DNA of 63,788 bases, the filler included, from Licmophora abbreviata (Eukaryota), in assembly GCA_900291995.1 (NCBI GenBank). It is 25 parts of 25 records of this genome, joined end to end, with 100 filler letters (N's around TTAATTAATTAA, not from the genome) between each part and the next. Parts side by side here need not be neighbours in the genome. Positions count along the whole stretch, not along the records: positions 52,825 to 56,098 come from OLMU01006277.1; positions 56,199 to 58,214 come from OLMU01006278.1; positions 58,315 to 60,428 come from OLMU01006279.1; positions 60,529 to 62,266 come from OLMU01006281.1; positions 62,367 to 63,788 come from OLMU01006285.1; 20 more parts are not named here. One strand, 5' to 3'. How positions within the stretch are numbered: position 1 is the stretch's first letter; every line of letters starts with the position of its first letter. Shown piece by piece: positions 54,273 to 63,788 of the stretch. The position numbers and the translations under genes are program-made. The notes beneath the pieces were generated by a model. That model searched no databases. It saw only the letters and a program-made list of their open reading frames with translations, and was not told where the DNA came from.

Positions 54273-55766
54273 TCACGAGGGCGTGGGCGGATTGTAACTT
54301 GGCCTTATCTTGTTGAATGGGACCGAGGTGCCGTCGGCCTGAACGATCCTGACATGACGCCGCCGCATCAGTCGCGGCTCGGCCACTCCGACGGAATGGG
54401 CGATGGTCTCGACCTCGCTGATGACGGACTTGGCGTAATTCGCCACCTTGAGGTATTTGTCCTCCACCACCAGCCCCGCCTGCAAGCGCGGATCATGGGT
54501 GGTGATACCCGTCGGACAGGTGTTCCGATTGCATTTGAGCGCCTGAATGCAGCCAAGCGAGAACATGAACCCCCGCGCCGAGGTGACGAAATCCGCGCCT
54601 GCGCAAATAGCCCACGCCACATCAGACGGGTTGACCAGCTTGCCGCTGGCGATGATGCGGATCCGATCCTTGAGACCATGCTTGTCGCGCAAATCCACGA
54701 TCCGAGGCAACGCCTCGCGGATCGGCATCCCCACAAGGTCGATCAGCGGCATCGGCGCCGCCCCAGTGCCGCCCTCTCCGCCATCGATCGCGATGAAATC
54801 CGGTGCGCTGTCAGGCCCGCGCTCGAGGATCAGCTCGAACATCTCGATCCATGCGTCGGACGAGCCGATCACCGTCTTGAACCCGCAGGGCTTGCCCGTC
54901 ACCTTGCGGATATGGTCCACAACGTCCAACAGATCGCCGAACCCGCCGATCTCGCGGTGGCGATTGGGCGACACACTGTCCTGACCTTCGGGAATGCCCC
55001 GGATCGCGGCGATCTCGGCGTTGACCTTCTCACCTGGCAGGATACCGCCCTTGCCCGGCTTGGCGCCCTGCGCCAGCTTCAGTTCGAACATCTTCACATG
55101 CGGGTTGGCCCCGACCTCGCGCAGCTTGTCATCGTCCAGATTGCCATGCACATCGCGCACGCCATATTTCGCGGTGCCGATTTGATAGACGATGTCACAC
55201 CCGCCCTTGAGGTGAAACGGCGACAGCCCGCCCTCGCCGGTGTTCAGCCAGATGCCCGCCTTGGCTGCCCCCCGGCTCAGCGCCTCGACAGCCGGACGCG
55301 AGATCGCGCCATAGCTCATGCCCGAGATGTTGAAGATCGACTTTGCCCTGAAGGGCACTGCCGCCGTCGGCCCGATTTCCATCGGGGCGGTGGCGGCGAA
55401 CTGATCGTCCAGCGGCGGAAAACAGGCATTGACGAAAATCGGCGTGCCCGCGATCGACAGGTTCCGGGTCGATCCGAAGGCGACCGTGTTCCCCTTGCCT
55501 TTGCCAGCGTGATAGACCCAATCGCGCTGCGCCCTGTTGAACGGCATCTCTTCGCGGTCCATCGCAAAGAAGTACTGACGGAAGAATTCGCCCAGCTTGG
55601 TGAACAGCCCCCTGAAACGTCCGATCACCGGATAATTCCGGCGGATGGCATCTCCGGTCTGTGTGCGGTCCAGAATATAAAAGGCCAGCGCCAGGGCCAC
55701 CAGCACACCAAGGACAAGAACGAACAGCAGAGCCACGATCTGCAGGGCGTTCATTGCAAAACTCAT
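54273..55766 (-). CDS. FMN-binding glutamate synthase family protein
   Basis: SGMSYGA, NTGEGG, QGAKPGKGG, DGGEGGTGAAP, CIQALKCNRNTCPTG. Confidence 0.93.
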   Translation of the reverse strand: MSFAMNALQIVALLFVLVLGVLVALALAFYILDRTQTGDAIRRNYPVIGRFRGLFTKLGEFFRQYFFAMDREEMPFNRAQRDWVYHAGKGKGNTVAFGSTRNLSIAGTPIFVNACFPPLDDQFAATAPMEIGPTAAVPFRAKSIFNISGMSYGAISRPAVEALSRGAAKAGIWLNTGEGGLSPFHLKGGCDIVYQIGTAKYGVRDVHGNLDDDKLREVGANPHVKMFELKLAQGAKPGKGGILPGEKVNAEIAAIRGIPEGQDSVSPNRHREIGGFGDLLDVVDHIRKVTGKPCGFKTVIGSSDAWIEMFELILERGPDSAPDFIAIDGGEGGTGAAPMPLIDLVGMPIREALPRIVDLRDKHGLKDRIRIIASGKLVNPSDVAWAICAGADFVTSARGFMFSLGCIQALKCNRNTCPTGITTHDPRLQAGLVVEDKYLKVANYAKSVISEVETIAHSVGVAEPRLMRRRHVRIVQADGTSVPFNKIRPSYNPPTPS

Positions 55767-55882
55767 CTCACAGACACTCCGTCAAAAGACTGCGCCCCGA
55801 TCAAGGGCATAATTTGGCGGGAAAATGCGCCTTATTTGACAGGTTCACAACCGGAATTAGGGAATACTTGGGTATGCAGAAA

Positions 55883-56098
55883 TCAGGTCCGCAGATCCCC
55901 GGCGGTCTGGCTGTCCAGAAACCATTGGTATGTCTCCTCGAGCCCCCGCTTCAGGGGGATCTGCGCCCGCCAGCCCATCTCCGACAAACGACTGACATCC
56001 ATCAGCTTGCGCAGCGTGCCGTCGGGCTTTGACGCATCACACCTGATCCGCCCGCCGAAACCCGTCACCTCGGCGATCATGCCGGCGAGCTCCCGGAT
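55883..56098 (-). CDS. fcl: GDP-L-fucose synthase, C-terminal fragment
   Basis: DASKPDGTLRKLMDVSRL..GW...L..G...TYQWF. Confidence 0.85.
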   Translation of the reverse strand: MRELAGMIAEVTGFGGRIRCDASKPDGTLRKLMDVSRLSEMGWRAQIPLKRGLEETYQWFLDSQTAGDLRT

Positions 56099-56289
56099 NN
56101 NNNNNNNNNNNNNNNNNNNNNNNNNNNNNNNNNNNNNNNNNNTTAATTAATTAANNNNNNNNNNNNNNNNNNNNNNNNNNNNNNNNNNNNNNNNNNNNAG
56201 ATGCAGCCGTCTTACAATTTCGTGTAGATTTATACGATATTGGTCAAAGATCTCTAGTACTTAAGTCCTCGTAGGTTCCTACGCGGTTT

Positions 56290-58409
56290 TTGTTCTCGTC
56301 CACCTGGACCATGATGCTCTCGACGGCCGCTAAGGCGGCAGGCGACGCACCGCCCCCACCCTGGCAACAGCCACATGGCATGTCCCAACCCCAGGAAGGT
56401 CTCTGGGGAGAAGTCCCCAGTTTTTCGTCCATGAAACGCTTCGATACGCCAACCCCGACGCAACGCAGCGCGATAAGCCTTTTGCGAGTCACGTACCACA
56501 CCCCCAGGCAGTGCTACCGCCTCTCTACCATCGCCCTCCTTGCGAGTCTTTGGCAAACGGACCCATCGATGACCATTCTACCCCTGGATCAGAACGACTC
56601 CAAAACGTCGGAGATCACAACCAAAGCCAATCTCCAACAAATGGATCCCACGCAGATCGAGAAGTACCTCTCTATCGAGACGCGGTCGGTGAACCGCGGT
56701 CAACAAACCATGAACCTAGGAACAGTACTTTTTCGCGGACGTTTTCAAAAGAGTCTAGGCCAGATGAAATGGAACAACGGACTCCCTACGCCCTTCATGT
56801 CACTATTGAAACAGAACCAAACGATGATTCAAATCGCCAAAAGCTCGAAGTTTACCGCCACGACGATGGTCGGTTGGATCTATGGTGTCCACCCTGACTG
56901 GTATGGATCGGAAACAGAAATGCAAGAGTGGATCACGCAACAGTATTATGAACGGAATGGAACGGACACTTCTTTGGAACCCTTTGAGATTGTTGTACGC
57001 ACATTCGGAACCCGTAAGGCCGATGGTACCAAAACCCGAGCTTTTGCCCTTTACAGCTCACCAACGAACGCCAACACCCTCCGCGACCAGATTGGCAAGT
57101 GCCTCCCCGTGACAAGCAAAGAAAGTATCGGTTTTATCCCACGCAGCGAAATTACCGACGACATGGAACAACTGGTATTCACTCATCAGAATTTCATTCT
57201 CAGCAAACAGCAGGCAGTGCGCCTTGTTGGGGTGACGGATAAAAGCGCGGAGATGATTTGGACGAACAACCAAGGTGAATCATACTCGACAACGGTTGAA
57301 CACGTTCTCACACAGCTACTGGCAGAATATGCCCCGGACACCAACACGACAATCTTGGATGGAAAAAGTGGCAACTCGATCCATATCGTGTTCGAATCCA
57401 AGGAAGAGGAAGAAGCAAGGCAGCATAAGCACCAGATAACTCAAGCAGTTAAGGAACTTACTGTTTACCTTCGTGAAAACCCCACTGAAACGGAAAAGAT
57501 CAAAAGCGATACGTCGAAATTCATTTTTGTCCCCAAAGCAAATGACGGCCGAGTGTACCGAGAGAAAGATTTCCCATTGATGACCGGCCTAACTAACATC
57601 TTCGGAAACCCACAGTCCAGCGAACCCAAAAACCCTCCGCCACAGACGCCTCCGACGCATCAGCTCCACCCCCGCCACATCACTCCAACCGGCCAACAGA
57701 ACAGTGCATACCCCACCTCATACGCCCAGGCAGCAGGCAGTACCACCGCCACACCATCTTCGCTCACGACCCCAGGGGAATCAACCGATAAAAGATTGAT
57801 GGAACGCATGCAGGCAATTCAGGAAGAATCGAACACAAAACTGGAGCTACTCGAAGCCAAATTCACCAAGTTGTTGAAGGATCAAGGAGAAGCCACGGAT
57901 ACTCAAAATCAGAAGGTGCATCAAGAACATCGAGAATGGCAGACAGGCATTGAACAGGCAATGGCAACCCAGAATGAAGCTCTTCAGAAGTGTATGGCCA
58001 TGATGACTACTCTCATTGAACAAGCAACGCAAGCAACCTCGTTCTCCCCTGTACGACATGGGAAGAAAGCAAGACAGACGGCAACCCCCGACCGCACCAA
58101 GAATCGATTCGCTCCTCTGGCCGATCCGCCCGACGACGATATGATGATGGACACCGATGCCACACTACTAGACGACTCCAGCACCATGTACGGAACACAA
58201 CAGGAAGACGAAGANNNNNNNNNNNNNNNNNNNNNNNNNNNNNNNNNNNNNNNNNNNNTTAATTAATTAANNNNNNNNNNNNNNNNNNNNNNNNNNNNNN
58301 NNNNNNNNNNNNNNCCAGCACCATGTACGGAACACAACAGGAAGACGAAGATTCTTCATCAGCCGAGGGGCAGCCACCGCCAGCCAAGAGCAGCGGAGGC
58401 CACCTCTAA
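56290..58409 (+). mobile_element. Non-LTR retrotransposon ORF1 (spans linker; the contigs overlap by 37 nt)
   Basis: Long ORF with coiled coil; 58178-58214 equals 58315-58351; ends TAA 58407-58409. Confidence 0.7.
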
Positions 58410-60428
58410 TGCCACCCACCAGCATCAGTATTGACACTATCCACCGACCTACCTTCACCCTTCCACAAGACTTCATTTACATATCACCGACATTCAAAAC
58501 CCGTTACCGACAACCACCAAACACTTTCATGGACACAACCACAAGCACGCTTACCCCACCGATCATCGACACTCATCACATGCTCCACCCCATCCACGTC
58601 CAACCTCAAAACGACACCACCCCCACGATTCCACCCACACCAAAGATATTCCACTTCACCACACCCTCCCACAGAAAACCCACCACACAATATCAACAAT
58701 CAACACATCCAGCATCCACTACCACAAAAGACGATACAAGATTTGGCGACCCAATGATCCAACACCCGAACTCTAACATTCTCCGCGTTGTTGTACAAAA
58801 CGTGAACGGAATTCGTATGCCCCACGGTGACCGATCGGACCTCAAATACGCTTTTTCCCGAATACAAGAAACAGGAGCCGCCATGTTCGGATTGACAGAG
58901 ACCAATATCGACTGGAAACAACCGCTCTTAAGAAAGGATTACACTAAGATCGCAAACCAAGCATGGTCTCGATCCAGTTCGGCCCTCTCTTCGAGCAACA
59001 CCAAAGCGAAAGGATCTTATCTTCCAGGCGGCACAGCGCTCACAGCGACAGGCAAATGGAGTAGTCGCACGATCGATTCAGGCTACGACGATATGGGCAG
59101 ATGGAGCTACATCACGTTGATAGGACGAGGCGGACGCAAGCTCACGTGCATCACGGCCTACAGAACATGCGACCAATCCCCTGCCGCGACCACACGGACC
59201 AACAACCCTCGCCAGAAGATGCGAGGTTCGACCACTGCATATACCCAGCAATACATACAATTGGCAGAAGATAGAGGAATCGAGCACCCAGATCCTCGCG
59301 AACGTTTCATCACCGACATCATAACATTTATCAAAACAAAGGAAACACAAGACCATGACATCCTCCTAATGGGAGACTTCAACGAAAACATCATCCAAGG
59401 ATCTACAAAAGGGGTCAGCCGCATCCTCCAAGAATGCGCCCTGATCAACCTATTAGAACTACGACATGAAGACCCAACACCAAACACGTACATCCGAGGC
59501 ACCCACACAATTGATCATGTACTGGGCAGCCCAGCAGTTGCAGATGCTACCGTCGCCTCCGGTATGCTGGGCTTTCACGAATGCATCTTTTCGGACCACA
59601 GAGCGATCTACATTGACATCAACCATGAACTTCTTTTCGACGGCAAAACGGACAATCCAGTGGCACCCGCTAGTCGTCGACTTGTCTCTAGTAATCCACG
59701 CGACGTCAAAGCCTTTCTTACGATCGTAGGAAAATATTGGACAGACCACAGAATCATCGAACGCCAAGCAGCCCTCAGGAAAGACAGTTCTCATCTTCAC
59801 AGGCAAGAAATACAAAGACGACACAAACAAATAGACCAAGATATCGGAAGAGCAATCAGGACCGGTGAAAATAAGATCGGCCGACGACGACAAGGAAGGT
59901 GGTGGTCACCTACCTTAGCAAAGGTGGCTAAGACAGTACACTACTGGAAAATTCGAGTGAGTGAACTCAAAAACAACCAGCAATGCACTCAAGCCAAACA
60001 TGACATACGACAAGAAGTAGACATTGATGACGATGACTCCAACACATGGCCCTACTTGACAACACAACTTCGAGCGGCATGGCAGCTATGGAAAAAGACA
60101 AAGCTCCAAGCGGCACAACTACGCGACGACCACCTGATGGAAAGAGCCACCGCACTAGCGGTGAAAGGGAACATCAACTCCGCCCAGGCTGTAACCCAGA
60201 TCCGACTTGCCGAACAAAGACAGGAAGCGTTCCGACAGATCAAAAGCAGCCTCAAACCGTCGAAATCAGGGAACTTTGCATGGTTGGAGACATTCAACAC
60301 TACAACAGAACAATGGGAAACGATCACGGACGGTCACGAGATCCAAGACAAAATACTCCGGAGGAACTTACGTCATTTCCGACAAGCTAACGGAACCACC
60401 TTTGCCACCCCTGAAATGTACTCTCGCG
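58409..60428 (+). mobile_element. Non-LTR retrotransposon ORF2, APE endonuclease part (diatom Ambal-like LINE)
   Basis: QNVNG, GLTETN, GRWS, MGDFNE, TY..G..IDH, SDHR. Confidence 0.9.
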
Positions 60429-60528
60429 NNNNNNNNNNNNNNNNNNNNNNNNNNNNNNNNNNNNNNNNNNNNTTAATTAATTAANNNNNNNNNNNNNNNN
60501 NNNNNNNNNNNNNNNNNNNNNNNNNNNN

Positions 60529-62151
60529 GGCAAGCACCATACTATGAGTCGACTCGTCATAGTGAGCTGGCAGAAAACAGCTGTCTCGATCCGAGTCGTA
60601 TCGCACGACAAAGGCGTCGTGGACGTAAAAGTGGCGAGCATCGAGTCGAAACTGCCTTGCGAGCAAGGCATACACATTCTGGTCCATCCAATCGATGAAC
60701 CATTTGCAGAGAGATGGAACTTTGTGGACTGGTATATCGTTTGTGGGGACGGCGTAATGGCGTCCTGTCGTCCAGTCGCACGCGGTCGCCCATGATATCA
60801 CCTGCCGACAATCTTCGGCCGCTGCCATCGGCTCCTCGGAGACAAAACATAGATCATCGCAGCATGACACATAAGATGGTATCTGTTCCAGGCGTGTGCA
60901 ACGCGACATTGTTTTGAAGTAACGATAGCAGCGCTGCTTTTCGAGTTGCAGGCTTATCCCCTTATGATTCACCAGAGAAGGAAACGTTTCAGCTGCATCT
61001 CTCCACTCTCGTTGCGCCTTTAAGAAGTGCCCTTGCTGCAACGACACTGCCCCAAGTGCATGATAAATGTCTGCCATAGAACATGAAATTGAAAGGCAGC
61101 GTCGATACCACATGCTCGCCAGATCGTACTTTCGCTCTTGTAAGGCTAGATGTCCTAGGCGCCTGGCATCACGAAGGGTCACTTCTTGGACATTTATGAG
61201 GCTACATTCATGGCGGCACTTGACACACTCACACACAAAAGAGGTACCGAATCGTTCGCGAAGTGATTCTTGTCGTTCTGCATGATTGGACGAGGCGTCC
61301 ACGAGCGCAACTGTTGGCTTCTCGTCGGTTTCCATGTCGTACAGCGAAATCAGACGTAGCTCAGGTTTGGTCGTGCCAGCGGCAAGTTCCCATACCGCAT
61401 TGGGCAAACAGGAATGTCTGATGGTTGCAGCCGTTGACGGTGGAAGTTTGAGCGGCAAAACTCCGAATAGTAGGTGTTGCGACGATGCGTCCAGAATAGC
61501 TTGGCGAACGACGAGAAAGCTCATGTCGGTTCCGTCACCATCGTGGTTCAAAGAAAGACGCTTGCTAAGCACGGAGAAGGCACCTCTTCTCTGCTCTCTG
61601 GTCAAAGTAGGAAGTACTTCCATGGCGTAGCTGGTCAGGGGATGCACCCTCTGGAGAAGCACAAGTTTCTGTCGAACGAATCGATACAGCCGACACCATG
61701 CATGCCAATCGATGTCGTGAGACTGGCGAATCAACGCGTAGCCCTCCACAAGCATATCGTGTACGTCGTCCTCGATAGGAGAGCTGAGAGGGTCACTACT
61801 CCCGTCGTGAAGCGAGCCGCACTTGTCCAGTAGGGGACCCTTCGCAGTCTGCATAGTCACTGCCAGCGCGTATCCAGCGAAAGTCGCCTTTTTGACAGCC
61901 GTGGCAACAAATCTCGTCACATCTTCGTCATACGAGCACTCTTGGAAAAGTCTCTCAGTCCATACGCCATCGAGATGTTTCCCGGGCAAGCCTGTCGTCG
62001 AAATTCGGTCGTCATCTGTATTGAATAGCGGGAAGATGCCCCATGGTAGCAAAACGTCGAGAGTGTCTCCCTTTTTCGCTCCTGGTTTTGGCTTTTCGCC
62101 CGCTTCTTTCCTTCGGTCAATAGAGTGCCCACTGACGTAATCTGCGGACAT
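60529..62151 (-). CDS. TPR + post-SET-like + 2OG-Fe(II) oxygenase protein, 3' truncated
   Basis: HSCLPN, FVCECVKC, TPR-like helices, RHYAVPTNDI, DAFVVRY, HYD. Confidence 0.75.
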
Positions 62152-62759
62152 CTAAGGCGTTCTCGAAATGAGGAGAGACGAATGGTCGCGACGACGACCG
62201 CTCGATCCACTGTCCACTGTGGCGCTGTGGCTGCCGTCAGTCGACGAATTTCGAAATTGAAAAATANNNNNNNNNNNNNNNNNNNNNNNNNNNNNNNNNN
62301 NNNNNNNNNNTTAATTAATTAANNNNNNNNNNNNNNNNNNNNNNNNNNNNNNNNNNNNNNNNNNNNTTGTATAGTCTTTGAACTATGCGAAGTGTTACCC
62401 CTATATAAAACTATCAATACGTAGAACCCCTACTGCGGCCTACGCAAAACCATCACCAATCGACCCCTTTTCGTCCCATCAAGAGTACGAAAGCAGTAGA
62501 TAACTGACACCCTCCGACTCAAGCCTCAACCATCACCCAAGAGAGATTGGACCGGCACAGGTTCAAACTCCCCGACCAAACCCACCCACATCGCTACAAA
62601 CTCTCCGTCAAAGCAAGGCCCACTTCCGACAGCCATCGTCGCCACAGAACACGTTTCCGGTAGAGCTCCGTAGAAACCTACAGGAACACCAGCAACAAAA
62701 ACTTGGCGCGGCCTCAGGCCATTGCGGCCCCATACAGGCGACACCGGTCTCTCCTCAGC

Positions 62760-63788
62760 ATGACGATCTTACAGGCACTCAAAGCCAAGGAAGCGGCCCC
62801 GCAAAAGCGTGGAACGGGACCCTCGGCGAAGGAGAAGATGCGCGATGCGGCGAAGAAACGGCAGAAGGCCTCGGCTCTGACGATGTTAGCGACGGAAACG
62901 AGGACGACCACGGACCCACCGGTGATGACAGCGGCACCTAACCACAACCGGGCACGGCCACACCCACGGCTCCAACGTACCCCAACGTGGTGTCGGAAAC
63001 CAAAATGTCGGAAACGGACATCGGAGAAGAAGGCAGCGTGGCTACCGCAGTCGCCACAAAAGGAACAAAGCGTCTCGCCCAAGTCTTCGGCGCGGACCTG
63101 CAACGTAAGAACACGGTGTTTTACGACCTGAGCCTACGTGGAGAAAAGGAAACGAACGGAGTGCTAGCGGTGTCGAAGGCCCTCAAGACGTGGTTCCGAT
63201 CGATGCAGGAACTAGACGATTCTTTCCTAGTCTACACCTACGACCAGCAGGACACATCGGAGAAGGACGCATGGACGAAACCAAACGCGCTGCCTCAGGT
63301 GATCACCAAGATGCAAAAGTACCTTTCAAACCTACGTGCCAAAACGGACGGCAGTGTCCAGTACCTATCGGTCCGAATTGGATTCGACGATGATGAGGAC
63401 AACTTCCGAGCCAATCTCCGTGACTGCTTGGAGGCGTCACAAACGAAGATGTTCCGGAAGTCTCTCCAAACGGCGTTCACGGTCTCCTATGGTTGGCTAC
63501 TTCTGGCCCCACAGTTCCTGGACTGCGAATATTGGAGAGAATTCTTTGAGGGACAGATTAACGAACTCACCAAACTGGAGCGTTGCCTACCGTCGCTGAG
63601 GGAGGAGGAAAAGATCAAACTGGGTCTACGAAGCTCTTTCATCTGGGATGGCACGACGAAGGCCATGCGAGACAAGGGAGCCGGCACCAGCAAGTCCAAG
63701 AAGGGTACCAAAGCAATTCACATCGAATTTAAAAGGGGCCAGGAAAAGGAAGGAGCCCGGAAACTACGCATGGTGTTGAAGTCGGGCC
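62760..63788 (+). pseudogene. Second LINE-like ORF1, disrupted
   Basis: Frame open to window end (KTWFRSMQELDDSF..YGWLL..KAIHIE) resembles the 56290 ORF; frameshift near 62870 and TAA at 62939. Confidence 0.55.

Overview
This window is not one genome. It is a concatenation of about 28 short contigs joined by artificial N-run/TTAATTAATTAA/N-run linkers, with at least three origins. (1) A Rhodobacteraceae/Roseobacter-type alphaproteobacterium: a copper-efflux cluster (cusF-cusA-cusB, two c-type cytochromes, two small His/Cys/Pro leader-like ORFs), a disrupted HNH nuclease next to a 1765-aa exonuclease-RecQ-UvrD fusion, a complete rrn operon, msrPQ and neighbours. (2) A diatom-like nuclear genome: bipartite plastid-targeting signals, spliceosomal introns, RPS23, malectin/Kelch proteins, a silaffin-like protein and LINE retrotransposons. 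(3) AT-rich mitochondrial-type cox1/group II intron reverse transcriptase fragments that look decayed. The standout observation is in the bacterial 23S rRNA gene. It carries a ~640-nt intervening sequence at helix 25, closed by a 21-bp near-perfect inverted repeat, and this insert contains an intact, same-sense gene with its own RBS for a PagL-family (lipid A 3-O-deacylase/acyloxyacyl hydrolase) outer-membrane protein. All product calls come from motif recognition by eye; no database searches were run. Several frameshifts sit in homopolymers and may be sequencing errors.
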